A DNA stretch of 64,000 nt. Source: the human T2T-CHM13v2.0 reference genome, Homo sapiens. The first letter of the stretch is position 1, and each line of letters starts with the position of its first letter. The notes beneath the pieces were generated by a model that was not told where the DNA came from, did not search any database, and saw only the letters and a list, made by a program, of their open reading frames with translations. The DNA is taken from assembly GCF_009914755.1 (NCBI RefSeq), contig NC_060946.1; one strand, given 5' to 3'. The position numbers were made by a program, and so were the translations under genes. Of the stretch, positions 1-42,764 are shown one piece after another.

Positions 1-5240
<5,240 letters not shown>

Positions 5241-5399
5241 TTCAATGCTTTTATGAAGGGAGCAAACTTTCAGTAGTTCGTACTGGACTATTTTACTGGA
5301 TCTTGATTTAGACAAACTATAGAGATTTTTGAGACAACTGGCAAAAACTGAACATAGATTGGTTATTAGATTATTTTAAAATTATGTTTTTTTAGATAG

Positions 5400-5798
<399 letters not shown>

Positions 5799-5985
5799 TC
5801 ATATATGTATTTTTAAAGCCCTTATCTGTTAGAGACATAGTGGTTTTTAGGGTTTTCTGAAATTTCCTTTCAGATACTCTAGCTCACACATCAGAAGAGC
5901 ATGTGCAGGAAGAGAGATGAAATAATGGTACACGTTGATGGTTACTGGAGCTGGATGCTGGGTACATGGAGGTTCACTCTACCAT

Positions 5986-5991
5986 TTTATT
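5986..5991 (-). terminator. NAGA: Candidate distal NAGA polyadenylation signal (AATAAA on -)
   Basis: tttatt on + about 1.9 kb beyond the stop codon; use as a poly(A) signal is inferred. Confidence 0.4.
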
Positions 5992-7362
5992 TTTGTATTT
6001 GAAAGTTTTCATGATAAAAAGTTTTTAAAAAGAGAAAGGGTACCTTGCGTCCAAACAAGTCTGTATTTAACTGAAAAAAAAAATAATTGCATTCCTAACT
6101 GGCCTTGAATAGAAGGGAATAAATGTCCTGGGAGATAGATGGCATGTTTGTTGAAAGAATGAAGGGTGAAGAGATAGGATCAATCAGGCACCCCCAGGAC
6201 AAAAGGAAAACTTATACAGCAAGTAAAGACATGTAGCTATCTTGGGCTGAAAGGTAAGGGAATTAATTGGTCAAGTCCAGGCTCAACTCTGGCCCCCAAC
6301 TCCCAAGTCCATGGTCTCAACTCATTTCCCACAAAGCCTTCCTGGAGCTAGCAAGAGAAGGTGTTCCCACCTGAGACTATTCCATTTTGCCTGAACAGCA
6401 CTATGAACAAGACCCAAAGGCAGAGCTATGCACGGAGGGGCAGGCCTGGGATGAGGTAGGCTTCTGTCCTAAGTTTCTCAACAGCCTCAAGACATCAACT
6501 GGGGAAAGGAACTTTCTCTGGTGACCCTATACTTAACCAGTAAAGCTTCAATCATCTTAAATGATGTAACAAAATGTGCATATGTAAGTTTTTACACCAT
6601 ACCCTAAATACAAGGACCTCAGAACCCTGAGGAGTATGGGAGATCCACCCAGAAAATACTCCTTGGGCAGCACAGTGCAAGGCCTGGGGCACTGGGTGCT
6701 CCTGCATTCAAAGCCCAAGGAGGACCTAGCTAGGTTGCTCTGCCACTAGCTCTCTCCAAAGGGGAGAGCCACCAGGGAAGACAAGTGCCCTGTAGCCTTG
6801 GCTAAAAGAGGAGGGCTTGGGAAATACGGACCAAAGCAAGACAGGCAAGAACCCATCATTCCTTCACTTTGACTGTTACCCCTGTCCTTAGGAAGAGGGA
6901 CAGGAAATCAATTTTAAGACACAACTCCTGGACAGGTTTGTGGACACATCTGGGGAATATGAACCTCCTTTGCAGCCAGGTTGGGAGAGAAATAAAGGAA
7001 AAGAAGTAGGGGTTGGGGTGGAGCCACCAGAGAGAAGAGCAGGCTGAGGTGCTGGGCCAGGGGCACTGCTGGGCAGAGCACAAGCTGCAGGACCTGGGAG
7101 CATTGCTACTTGGCCTCATTGTGTTGTCACCATCACCACTGCCAGCATACCAGGCACAGCAGGGGCAGCTCCTGGGTGTGAGGCAAGTCTGGCATCTCTA
7201 GGAAGTACAATCTTCTGGTCACTTTGGAAAAGGAGGGGCCAGACGATGCCAGACATCATCCATAGAGGTGAGATTTGAATCCAGCACCCCGTGTAGTGCC
7301 ACCAGAGTCCCTAACTAAAGGTACCCCAGGTCCATATTACAACTACTTGATTAAAGAACAGG

Positions 7363-7368
7363 TTTATT
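7363..7368 (-). terminator. NAGA: Proximal NAGA polyadenylation signal (AATAAA on -)
   Basis: tttatt on + about 500 nt after the stop codon. Confidence 0.65.
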
Positions 7369-7861
7369 GGTGACCTGAGGGAGCCAAGGTCTCCTTTGTG
7401 ACCCTCACTCCCAGGTGGTATCAGGCTGCAAGGCCCTCTATGGGTAGAAAAGCCAATCACATGATCCATGGGCATTCCTGGCAAGAGGTCAGATCTCTCT
7501 ACTCCTAATTCGAAAACTTCCAAATCCTGATTTCAGAGTCAACAGCAAGGTCAGAGGCTAGAGTCCTGATGGGCATGGAGCTCAGGAGGCTGGCGAGTTG
7601 CTCAGCAACGTCTGTGGGGCTGCGCACATGGAAGTAGAGGCCAGGAAGGCCACAGGAAAATTGCCCCAAAAGAAGTTTCCAAGAGGGTTTACGCTTGGAC
7701 AGGGCATAGAACCTGGCCGTGAGATTGCACTTTGGGTATGATGGGGTCAGTCACCGAGCAGGCCTGGGGAGCAGAGAACCTCCCCACTTGCCCTGGGCAT
7801 GCCAAGGCTCCATGGTCTAGGCTCAGTGGTGCCACCACAGCCTGTCACATGTCCCAGCTCC

Positions 7862-17880
<10,019 letters not shown>

Positions 17881-17949
17881 CGCTCTGGACTCAGCTTCCG
17901 AGGACCTGACCAGATCTGGTCTGCGTGTATCAGCTGTATGTGTTGGGCT

Positions 17950-18900
17950 CTGGAAGCTAAGAAACGTCTGAAAAGCACTGGGGTCACGGCTGCCTGGCTA
18001 GCTCGGCCGCCCTCAACCTTAGGCGTGGATCGTACACTCGGTCCCCAAGTTGCCCGCCCCATCCCCAGCCATCACTTCCCGGAGCTTCAGTTCTTCCTTC
18101 AGAAATACGAAACAACGTGTCTTGGATGTCAGACCTCACACCCTCTGCAGTGCTGGGAGTCCCGAGGGCCTACGGGCCGCCTTCGGCCCCGCCCGGGCTC
18201 AGAAAAAGGCAGCCACTGGCTTAAGGTCACCAAGAAAGAGCGGAGGGGCGGGGCTGCGGCCAGGCTCCGGACTTCCAGCCGGGTCCGGGTTCCCGCCCTG
18301 GGCTCCCCAAAACCGCAGAGCCCCCTCCCACCGCACTTATCCTACCGAAGCGTTCAGACCTGCCGCCGCTTCTGACTCGAATCCGGTAACCTGATAAGTC
18401 CGAAGCGTTCCAGTGAGGGCGGGGCCTCACGAAGGCAACCCTTCGCGCAACCTATCAGAATCCCCCCTAGCAACGCTGTGCCCCGCCCATATGGGTCCGG
18501 CCTCCCAGCCTCCCTAAGCCCTTCCCCACTGGGCTCCCGCCCTGCGTGCTAGCGAGGCAGGCATTGGCAGAACGGACTCGGGGCTGTCCTTCGTGGCCCG
18601 GACCCCGCGAGGCCTGTCCTTCCACCTCTGTGGGGACCAAGAGGGCAAGGATCGTGCCAGGCTCACCGTGGGCGCTCAGTAAGCGGCCGTGCAGAGGACG
18701 GTTGAGGGCTTTGTGCAGAGGAAATGAGAGACTGCTCTGAAGCAAGGCCCGCCTAGTGAGCTGCTAGGAAAATGGAAGTCTGGGATTAATCGTCTCTACA
18801 AGGAGGGTGCGTGGGAGGCACCAAAGCAGGCGGTCACAGCTCCCGCAAAGGCAGCCGGCTCTCCTTCCCCGCCTGACGCTCAGGGACTACTCGCACAGAC
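17950..18900 (-). promoter_or_regulatory. NAGA: NAGA CpG-island promoter and 5'UTR
   Basis: High CpG density; GC boxes (ggggcgggg near 18245, gggcggggc near 18417). Confidence 0.8.
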
Positions 18901-18978
18901 TGGGCTACTTCCTTCTTCATTCATTCATCAAGTATTTATTGAGAAACTGCTAAGTGCCAAATGCTTTGTTCTGGGCAT

Positions 18979-20245
<1,267 letters not shown>

Positions 20246-20249
20246 GCAC

Positions 20250-21150
20250 CTTCACTCAGATGGCCACTGGGTGTCTCAAACATAACCCAGACCAAGCACC
20301 GGCCACTTTCCACATCTCAGATAATGACAACTCTCCTAGGTGCTCAAGCCAAAACTGTGCAGTCCTGCCTGCTCTTTCCCTCACTCCCCACATCCAACTC
20401 CTCAGCAAATCCTGTGTTCTCTACCTTCAACAGCCATTCTAATTCTGGCTGCCTCTCCCTCCCCGCTCTTGCCGCGTTTGTGACATCTCGCCTGGATAGT
20501 GGCAGCAGGCTCCTCACTGGTCTCCAGCCTCCACTGACATTGATTCTCACCACAGAAGCCAGAGTATGCCTTGAAATCGCTCAGGTCCCTCCTCACAGCC
20601 CTGTCTAGAGTAACAGCCCTCCCAGATTTACAGAGCCCCATCCCACCCCTTCTACCCCCACCTCCTACTGTCTGCCCCTCCCCAGGCCTCCCAGCCTCAC
20701 TGGCCTTCTTGCAGGTCCTCAAGCACAACAGGCCTGAGGGCCACTGCGCTGACTGTTCCCTCTGCCTGGAATTGGCATGGCTGGCTCCCTCATTTCCTTC
20801 AAGTATTTGTCCAATGTTACTTTCTCAGTGAGGCCTACCCTGACCACTCTATTTGCAATTGCAACCTCCCTACTCCCACAATTTCCCATCTCCCTTACCC
20901 TCCTCTGTTTTTCCATGCCACTTATTATCTTCTAACACATTTATTATGGTGTACAGTATTAACTGAATAAAATTTAGTAGGGGAGACAGGCAATAAACAA
21001 GAAAATAAAAGCATGAGCATAGGAAAGTTTACTCTAGCAGTGAGTGCTCTGATGGAAATAACACCCCAGGGATGGGACAGAGACTGCAGGGCAGGTTGCT
21101 TTACAATGGTCCCAGAGGAGACCACTGAGCAGAGACTCAAATCTGTGTCC
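20250..21150. mobile_element. L2 remnants
   Basis: Pyrimidine-rich L2 3' type sequence (cagcaaatcctgt, ctgttccctctgcctggaa, gaggcctaccctgacc). Confidence 0.55.
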
Positions 21151-21439
21151 AGAGGCGTCCTGAGGAGTGGAGCTGCGGTTGGGGGTGGGAAGGAAGGCCA
21201 TTCTAGGCTGCAGGAACTGCAAGGGCAAAGGCTCTGAGGCGGGAGCCAGGTTCATGGGCAGATGTTTGAGGACACCTCCGGCTTCCAGGGCCTTCCAGAA
21301 GTTCCAGTCTCTTGGGTTTGGTTGTGCATTCCTGCGACCTTCACCGCAGGCCTCCTCCTCCACCCACTAGTGCAGAGCCTGGGGGCTGCCGGTGGGTTTC
21401 AGGCCAGGGAAGCAGAAATGGGTAATTTCCAGAGGCAGA

Positions 21440-22300
21440 AATCAGCCGACCCCGGTGGCCCGGTGGGTGGCCAACAAAGCTTGGCTGGCCCTCGCGGGCT
21501 GTGTAGGAGCCCACCCTAGGGAGGTACCCAGAGACATCCCTGGTTTGGCTCTGCCGGGAAAGTGGGCCGAGCAGGGAGAGGGGGACCAGAGAGGAAGAGA
21601 TGGACAGAGTTTTCCGGACGGTGGGCTGGGTCCGAGGCCCGCGGACCGTCCGAGGGGGGCCTCTGGGTTCGAGGCCGCCCGCACCGACCAGTGCTGTGGC
21701 TCGGGCAGTTCACCGCCCTCTCGGGCCTCAGTTTCCCGCCCTGGCAGACCTCGAGGCGGCCTCGGAGATCCCGGGCCTGGCGAATACTGGGCGGGGAGGG
21801 GCGTTAACTCCAGCCTCCCGGGCGGGGTCTCCCGGCTCCCGCGGCCACGTTGCAGCCCAGGCGGAGGCGCGGGATCTCGAGCTGGGATCGCCCTCTTGGG
21901 CTTCGGTGCGATCGGCGGCGGGAGGTGAGAGTGGGCCCGGCGGGCTCCGGGAGGAGGTGGCCCCAGGGAAGGTGTGGCCGCGGGGAAGTGGCGGCGAACA
22001 GCCCCGACGCGAGGACGGGGAAACCAAGGCGGCAGCCAGGGAGACCCTGACCGAGGTGACCTCTGTTTAGGGCGACAACCGGGTTGGGGCTCCCCGCAGT
22101 GGCCACTGGCCCGGCGGTCCCGCACCCCCAGCCCGCCTCTCCTCCAACAAAAGAATCCAGGAAGACGGTGGGGCGGGCGGGAGGCCCGGTGTGCGGTGGC
22201 CTGGCCCCCCTACTGGTGGAGAGGAGGGAGCGCCCTTCCCCAGACGCGGGGGAGGGGAGGGGTCATGGCCCCACGGGCTGCCCACCCCCTCCCTGTGCCC
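21440..22300 (+). promoter_or_regulatory. PHETA2: PHETA2 CpG-island promoter with non-coding exon 1 ending at 21924
   Basis: CpG-rich; ggag|gtgaga donor at 21925. Confidence 0.7.
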
Positions 22301-23153
22301 CAGTGCTGGGCCCAGGACCCCCAGTGAGGCCACTCCTCTGGCAAACATCTGTGATCTCTTCCCCCTTCCTGGGCCCCCCCTACTGGAATGGCGTCTCTCC
22401 CCATCCAGGGGCCTGGCTTGTTTTTCTCCATAACCCTTAGCATTACCGGTCCTTATGTTATCTCTTATTTCACTAATTATTCTTTCATTAATTTATTAGT
22501 ATTTATTTTGTTTGCCTACAGTGTGTTTCCCCCTGTGGGAATGTAGGCTCCAGGAGGGCGGGAGACTTCGATTTGTCCACTGATGTATCCCCATTAATTC
22601 AACAGATCCCTCCTGAGGGCCTCTCTGAGCCCTGCACGGTGCTGGGTATTGGGGTTCTCCTGGGAACTTAGCTGAGCCCCACCCTAGACATTCTGGGGCT
22701 GGGAACAGTGCTGTAAACACATATGACATCGTCGTGGGATGAAGGAAACAAACCAGAAATGGGGGGGTCTACTGGTCAGGTGACCTTAGGTCAGGCCACC
22801 TTGGTGGTCAGGGCCACCTTAGATGATATGGTGATCATGGAAGGCCTCCCAGATTAGGTGACTTCAGTTAAAGCCAGGAAGTGCTAGAAGGGAAAAGCTA
22901 GGAACCATGAGGGCATGTGTAGCTCTGACCTGGACTCAGGCAGGGAGCTGGGGTCTGAAGAGTAAAGGTCAAGACAAGGGGACCCATCCCCTTAAGCTGC
23001 TCAGGGGTTCCTGGCTGGGTGGATGGGTGGGGGGATTCTCAGGGGTCAGGGAAGGCTTCCCGGTGGAGGCTGTGGTTTCATTAGGCCTCGAAGGTGGAGT
23101 AGGAGTTCTCATTCTTTGGGATAAGCTGACTGGGCTTGAGAATTGTTTTGCAG

Positions 23154-23235
23154 GTTCCCTGGGAACCAGGTGGTCGAAGGGCTGAGCTGTGTGGCCAGAC
23201 AAGAGGTCCCTGCCCTCCCCCAGTGAGCCCTGCTG
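23154..23235 (+). other. PHETA2: Probable PHETA2 5'UTR exon 2
   Basis: ttttgcag acceptor and ctg|gtaagt donor. Confidence 0.65.
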
Positions 23236-23489
23236 GTAAGTGGGTACAGTGTGAGGGATTTGGGAGACGAAGCTCTGCGTCTCATTGGCCATGTAACCTT
23301 GGGCAAGTTCCCCTCACTGCGCTGGGCCTTGGTTTTCCATGAGTAAGGACAGCTGGACTAAGTGCCGTTCATGATGCTGGGGGCACCCACATTCAATGGC
23401 TGTGGTTAGCTCTTCTCAGCTGTACCCTGGGTTTGTGCCACACTCTTGTGTACAGAGTAGCTCCCCATCTGGCCCTGAAGGCTGCAGAT

Positions 23490-24385
<896 letters not shown>

Positions 24386-24876
24386 AGATTCAACAGCTAT
24401 ATGCAAATAAGAGGCCAGTAGAGGCCCAGGAGGGTCATGGAAACCCTGGAAGCTTGGCCTCAGAGTTGGAGTTGAGAGGACCCCAGATGAGGGGATAGTT
24501 TAAGCACAGTGGTTTCGATGGGTCTGGGGTCCATTTCAGCTCAGCTGGGGCCTGTTTCTTTGGATTTTAGAAAGCCGTGCCCAGGTCCTGCCATGCCTCC
24601 TGTCTGATGCAATCTCGTTATTCTTTTCTCGAAGTCCGCCAGTGTCCAGTTTTTTTTGCATGATCCTCACGACATCCCTTTGAGAGAAAAGGAAGGAAAG
24701 ACGAGCCCACTTCTCAGGAGACTTTAGGGACCTTAGGGACACAGCAAGCGAGTAGGAGTCCCAGGGCTGGGGTCCAGGTTGCCTCTGGAGCCGGTGCTGT
24801 TCCCCAGGAGGGCACGGAACCACCTCCCTCTCTGATCTGCTGCCATCTCTCTTGCCTCACAGTTCCCGTGGGAGCC

Positions 24877-25656
24877 ATGAAGCTGAACGAGAGGAGTGTA
24901 GCCCACTATGCACTCAGCGACTCCCCAGCGGACCACATGGGCTTCCTGCGCACCTGGGGGGGCCCAGGGACCCCACCGACCCCCAGTGGCACTGGCCGAA
25001 GATGCTGGTTTGTCCTCAAGGGCAACCTGCTATTCTCCTTTGAGAGTCGCGAGGGCCGGGCCCCACTGAGCCTGGTGGTGCTGGAAGGCTGCACAGTGGA
25101 ACTGGCCGAGGCTCCCGTGCCCGAGGAGTTTGCCTTTGCCATCTGCTTTGATGCCCCTGGAGTGCGCCCACACCTGCTGGCCGCAGAAGGGCCGGCGGCC
25201 CAGGAGGCCTGGGTGAAGGTGCTGTCCCGGGCAAGCTTTGGCTACATGCGCCTGGTGGTACGCGAGTTGGAGAGCCAGTTGCAGGACGCACGCCAGAGCC
25301 TGGCTTTGCAACGCCGCTCATCCTGGAAGTCTGTTGCCAGCCGCTGTAAGCCCCAGGCTCCTAACCACCGAGCTGCGGGCCTGGAGAATGGCCACTGCCT
25401 CTCCAAGGACAGCAGCCCTGTGGGCTTGGTTGAAGAAGGGGGCAGCAGGTCTGCAGGGTGGGGGTTGGCTGAGTGGGAGCTGCAGGGCCCTGCCAGCCTC
25501 CTCCTAGGCAAGGGGCAGAGCCCTGTGTCCCCTGAGACCTCCTGCTTCTCTACCCTGCATGACTGGTATGGCCAGGAGATCGTGGAGCTGCGGCAGTGTT
25601 GGCAGAAGAGGGCCCAGGGGAGCCACTCAAAATGTGAGGAACAGGATAGGCCCTAA
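24877..25656 (+). CDS. PHETA2: PH-domain endocytic adaptor sesquipedalian-2 / IPIP27B (FAM109B), 259 aa, single coding exon
   Basis: gccATG Kozak after the cacag acceptor (exon starts 24863); PH domain ([13 protein letters not shown]...QEAWVKVL), coiled coil, C-terminal F&H motif [12 protein letters not shown] that binds OCRL/INPP5B. Confidence 0.98.
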   Translation: MKLNERSVAHYALSDSPADHMGFLRTWGGPGTPPTPSGTGRRCWFVLKGNLLFSFESREGRAPLSLVVLEGCTVELAEAPVPEEFAFAICFDAPGVRPHLLAAEGPAAQEAWVKVLSRASFGYMRLVVRELESQLQDARQSLALQRRSSWKSVASRCKPQAPNHRAAGLENGHCLSKDSSPVGLVEEGGSRSAGWGLAEWELQGPASLLLGKGQSPVSPETSCFSTLHDWYGQEIVELRQCWQKRAQGSHSKCEEQDRP

Positions 25657-27006
25657 GTCTGGGCCCTTTGAGTCAGGAAACCAGGGCCAGTTCTTTTTCA
25701 GGAGTTAAATGTTTACGCATTTCCAAGGTTGCGTTTTGGGAGGGGACATGGGTTCTCTCCTTCCTGCTATTTAGGCATTCTCCAGGTTCGAGATCCACCC
25801 GTGTGTCTGGAAGGGACTGCGGGACCATTCCTTCCATCCTCTTTATTTCCTGAGGTCCAGAGAAGGAAGGAGACTTAGCAGCCACAGAGCAAGACCCCAA
25901 TCTCCTGACTGCACTGGCCTGACTGCCCCCTCCCAGGGGATGTTAATGAAATGAAGGAAGTGGGGAATGTCACCCGAGACTGTCACAGGCTTGCCATACC
26001 TTTGGCCTACACACCGGGCTCTAGAGCCATAATTTCCAACCTGGGGAGTCTCCTGTGCACTTAAATCCGAGGTAGGCTGCAGTATCGGCTTGAAGCTCTG
26101 ACACTGTCAGAGAAAGTGGATTTATTGTGTCATAGGAGTTTCTGGGACCCAGCTCTTCCTGAGAGGGGTGGGAAGATTGGGGATGGGATCCTCACTCAGC
26201 AGTCTGGGTAGGGCCCTTTGAGGCAGAGGGTCTTCGGCCAGTGAAGAGAGATTTATTCTGCTTCTGCTCAGAGTGCTGGGGTCCCATCCTTTCTCCCTGG
26301 CTGCCCTGTTAACAGATGGTGCTGGACCTTGCCCCGGAAGGGGCTTGTAGCTTTTTTACGTCAACGAAATGCCCTCCTGTACTCTGTCTTCAGCAGCCAA
26401 CTCCTGGAGCTGCCAAGTGAGGGGTTAAAGAAGAGGTGGGGAGGCAGTGTGGCTCCCTGGGAAAAGTCTGTTGCTTTGGTTCTCAGTCCTGGGTATTCTA
26501 GGAGCTTGGACACGGGATTGCGTTTCCTGTGCTAAAATTCTCTCTCCTGGCTGGGCTCCGGTAAACTGAAGCTGCTCGAGAAATCACCTGGGAACTCTCA
26601 TAGCCGTTTGTCACCCAGGGTGTACTTGCCAGGACCTCTCCTTGCTACTCTTCCCAAAGTCGGGAGGCAAAGCGGCTGGGTCACCAGAGCCTGACCATAC
26701 TGACGCTCCAGGGGGAAGACGCAGAGGCCGGGAAGAGACACCCCCTCCCAAACACATAAAACTTGCCCCTTCCTAGCCTCGGCTCCCCTCACTGGGGCCT
26801 TGGGCAGGACCGACCCGCATCCAACTAGGCCTAAGGGGTAGGCTCTGAGCCTCTTACCCCTAAGAGGCGGAGATGCGCCCAAGGCGGGCGCCCGGCCTGT
26901 TCCCCAGCCCTGCCTGGAAGCCCCGCAGCCACTGCATTTTGTTTAAACACAGATAGCACGGGCCTTTCTCTTATTGCTACAGTGTTTTGTACACGGTTAA
27001 AACACT

Positions 27007-27012
27007 AGTAAA
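27007..27012 (+). terminator. PHETA2: Candidate PHETA2 poly(A) signal (variant AGTAAA) followed by a U-rich tract
   Basis: AT-rich island at 26935-27050 inside GC-rich sequence; I saw no canonical AATAAA in the 3'UTR. Confidence 0.5.
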
Positions 27013-27357
27013 GCTTTTTCGTTATTACTCCTTCCGCTCCCTGGGTTTATTTCCACAACCGGCCGCTGAGGCCTGTTCTGACGGCCGGGCGGACCCAAGA
27101 CCGCGGCCACGCCCAGCAGGACGCGGACTGAGGGAGCCGGGGCTGCGCCGCCGCTCTCGTGACGCCACCATGCCGGCCAGTGACAAACACCTCCCTCCCG
27201 CCGCCCCAGGAGCCGCCGGCACTGCGCGAGTGGGAGGGCTGGGCTTCTCGTGTACTCCTCAAACTCTCGCGAGGCTTCGGGCGGCTTGCTTCCCGAGGGC
27301 GGCACGAGGGCTGGGCGGTGGGGTGCGGGTGCCCGGGTGAGGGGCGGAGCTGGGGGC

Positions 27358-30135
<2,778 letters not shown>

Positions 30136-30707
30136 TGAGGACACTCCTGTTCCTTAGCCTGGCATTCAAGGCTTGCCATAATCTGGTCACACCTCTTATT
30201 CCAGTCTCATCTTCCATATTTCCAGCCACACACCGATTCCCAGTATTCACCATTTCTTGAGTTTTCACACTCATACCCACCCCCAAACATTGGCTCATTG
30301 TTCCTCCCACATGGAAGGCTCCTTCCCAGAGCTCTGGGTCTTAATTCCACCCATTCTACAGTGTCTTTGAAGTCTTCGTTCCTCCTTTCATTTGAAAGTT
30401 GACGGCTCCTTCCTCTAAGCAACCAGTACCTCTCTTCAAATACTCGGTATTATGTGGCTAAACACACACAAAGCAAAATTTTACTAGACTCTGAGCTTCT
30501 TGCTGGCAGGGGACGTTTTTTATACATTGCGGCCCCCAGTGCCTGGCCTGTGGTGAATGCCCAGTTAACGTGCGCATGAACAACCAAACGTGCTCAAAGC
30601 TGCCTTTCTCCTGCCATGTTTGATAGAAGCACTTTGTGGAATTCTTTCAGTCTGCGGATGGAAGACTACGCTGTTGCCCAGTTCACTGCTGCTTTCCTTT
30701 CTTACAG

Positions 30708-30960
30708 GAATTACAGAAAGGAGAAAGCACTAACTGAAGAAATGGTGATGCTCTCAGTTTCTCTGCCTTCCCTATCAGCAGAAAGGCTCGGGGAAGGCCC
30801 TCAGCCTCCCAGTCTGGTGAAGCTTCCTGTATGGTCCATGACCGTATTCCACCCCAGGCTCTGGGAGGCTCCCTGAGATGTGCTGTCCACTAAGCACTGC
30901 ACAAACAAGCAATCAAATTATGAATAAACATAATAAATATCAGCCGTGCGTGACTGAGTG
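30708..30960 (+). other. SMDT1: SMDT1 non-coding last exon with tandem AATAAA (30923-30928, 30932-30937)
   Basis: ctttcctttcttacag acceptor; exon 2 donor cag|gtaaga at 29654/29655. Confidence 0.85.
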
Positions 30961-31265
30961 ATGGCTGCAGTTTCTCAGTATCCCTAGGTTCTAGTTGGTG
31001 CAGTTGTCTCTGCTGTCCTTTATTTATGGGAGAAACATAGGCCCAGGCTATCCAGGCTGCAGTGGAGCCTGGTGAACTATTCTGGGGGCCCTGGGAACTA
31101 TTTTCATTGTTTACAAAAGCCCAACAGAAACTGTGCATTTTCCCTTAAGAAAGCTTCATGGGCTAACTAAAGCCTCATGCCATTCTGTGTTCAGTGCCAG
31201 TCATGACAGCTCTGCTTGTTAGCATACTACTTAAATATAACTAGAATGATTCAAAACTCGGGTTC

Positions 31266-32528
<1,263 letters not shown>

Positions 32529-32579
32529 GGTTCCTTACGTGAAAAGATTATAAAGGGATCCTTGGTGCCATAAGGTTTG

Positions 32580-33013
32580 GGGCCATGCACAATGGCTGAT
32601 GCCTGTAGTCCCAACACTTTGGGAGGCGGAGGCAGGAGGATCACTTGAGCCCAGGAGTTCAAGACTGGCCTGGCCGCGGTGGCTCACGCCAGCACTTTGG
32701 GAGGCCACGGCGGGTGGATTACTTGAGGTCAAGAGTTTGAGACCAGCCTGGCCAACATGGTGAAACTCCGTCTTTTCTAAAAATATAAAACTAGCTGGAT
32801 GTGGTGGTCCATGCCTGTAATCCCAGCTACTTGGGAGGCTGAGGCAGGGAGAATTACTTGAACCAGGAGGTGGAAGGTGCAGTGAGCCAAGATCACACCA
32901 GTGCACTCCAGCCTGGGCAACAACAGCGAGACTCCATCTCAAAAAAAAGAAAAGAAAAAAAGACCAGCCTGGGCAATGGAGAGACCCCATCTCTATTAAA
33001 AAAAAAAAAAAAA
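32580..33013 (+). mobile_element. AluS nested in an Alu monomer
   Basis: Alu left arm split around a full Alu at aagac(t/c)(g/a)gcct. Confidence 0.8.
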
Positions 33014-33721
33014 GTATGGGAGTCCTCAGTGATCATACCTATAGATTCCAAACCCCTTCTCCATCATTTGGATTGCCCTGGGAAGCACAAGAGAAGACCA
33101 CCATCCAAACAGAGATCAGTTCTTGAACCTGTGTTGATGTTTATTCTGCCACTGAGAGGTACACCAGGGTTTCCAAAGACAGTAGGAATATTTCTGTTCT
33201 CTGTGTATATTGAACAGCTGTGCACCTAAGCAGGGTGCCTGAGTAGGAAGTTAATTTCATTTTAAGGGCTGGAGCTTGTTACAAGTAGCGGAGCCAAGCC
33301 TTTGCACATCCATTTTCTTCAGAACCCAAGGAAAACTAGCCCATCTTGACAGCTCTACTTTTGCGCCTGTTAGTGCTGCCCTGATCCCTGACAGGAAGAG
33401 CTGGCTAATTTTAGATAATCTGTGCCCTGACACTAAAGTGTCTAATCATAGGGGCTATAGAAACAACTACATTAACAAGTCGTCCAGCCTCATGCCCAAT
33501 GTCACAATTTTTGAACAGATGGCCTCCTTCCTTCCTGTTTACTGACATGCAAGGCTCTGAGAAAAATAATTCAATCCAATTTACAGCAAACACCACATTT
33601 CAAGAAAAGGGAAAGAACAGGTGATGTGTATACCAAGGTCCCACTTGCTCAGGCAAAAAGAGGCTGCAGAAAATTGGTTCATCAATGGAATTCTATCACA
33701 AAGTGACCATTGTATAGTGAG

Positions 33722-33727
33722 TTTATT
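33722..33727 (-). terminator. NDUFA6: NDUFA6 proximal poly(A) signal (second candidate at 33140-33145)
   Basis: tttatt on + about 45 nt past the stop codon. Confidence 0.7.
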
Positions 33728-33772
33728 TGTGCTCTAAAATAGTATCAACGTGCATCTTTCCACTGAATGACT

Positions 33773-39000
<5,228 letters not shown>

Positions 39001-39690
39001 CTGAAAACCAGCCCAGAATTTGGAAGCTGGAAGGAACTTTAGATCGTCCATTCTGAGTGTCTCTCTTCGCTGGCGTTTTCCCACTGAGGTTATGTAAACA
39101 TGAAGAGGAGCCTACAAGTGTCAAGGAAAAAACGACAGCTAACCACAGGGCAGGCCATGGGCAAGATATCTCAGTGTTCTCCGCTCTCATAGGTCAGGTA
39201 GGTACCATCAGCATCCCCATTTTACAGGTGAGGAAACTGAGATGGCCCAGAGTCTAGGTCACCTGACAGATCGCCCCCACCTGCCTGACTGCTGCCTAAG
39301 AGGCTCCGTCTTTTTCTGAAGGTGTAGTTGACAGGAGCCTGTGAGTATTGGGGAAGGGCCAGGGGCCGGGGCTGAGCATCTACTCCAAACTTTCCCATTT
39401 CGAAGGGTTAAAAAACCAGATATACTTTTTTTCTTCCTTATTATCTTCTAAAATGTATATATATATTCAAGTGAGCTATACAAAAGAAAGCACATAACAT
39501 ATATAAATTATAAAGCATAATAATAAAATGGAAGCTTTTGAACCTCAGTACTGACTTAAGAAGTTGTAACACAGTTAAGGTTTGTATAAAGTGTCCTTAG
39601 ATGTCCTTAGTAGCCACTGTTCTCTAGTTCTCTAGGTACATTAACTTGGCTAGGCTTCACAACACACCAGTGAGATTGTGTTGATATACC

Positions 39691-42500
<2,810 letters not shown>

Positions 42501-42764
42501 GGACTTACTATATGATCCAGCAATTCCAATCCTAGGTATTTACCCTGAAGAAATTTTTTTTCACACAAAGACTTGTATGCAAATGTTCATAGCAGCATTA
42601 TTCACCATAGCCAAAAACTAAAAACACCCAAATGGCTATCTGTTGATAAGTGGATAAACAGAAGGTGGTCTGTCACCCAGGCATGGTGGCTCATTCCTAT
42701 AATGTCAGGATTGCTTGAGGCCAGGAGTTTGAGAACAGCTTGGGCAACATAGTGAGACTGCATC

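Noticed and set aside
17950-18900. CLEAR/TFEB element expected in a lysosomal gene promoter
   Set aside because: I found no TCACGTGA-type palindrome by eye, only partial tcacg matches
21392-22440. Overlapping long ORFs (up to 227 aa) on both strands
   Set aside because: Stop-codon depletion in a CpG island; Pro/Gly/Arg-rich with no domain
30616-30876. 86 aa ORF across the SMDT1 last exon
   Set aside because: Starts in the intron and is not in frame with spliced SMDT1; this is 3'UTR
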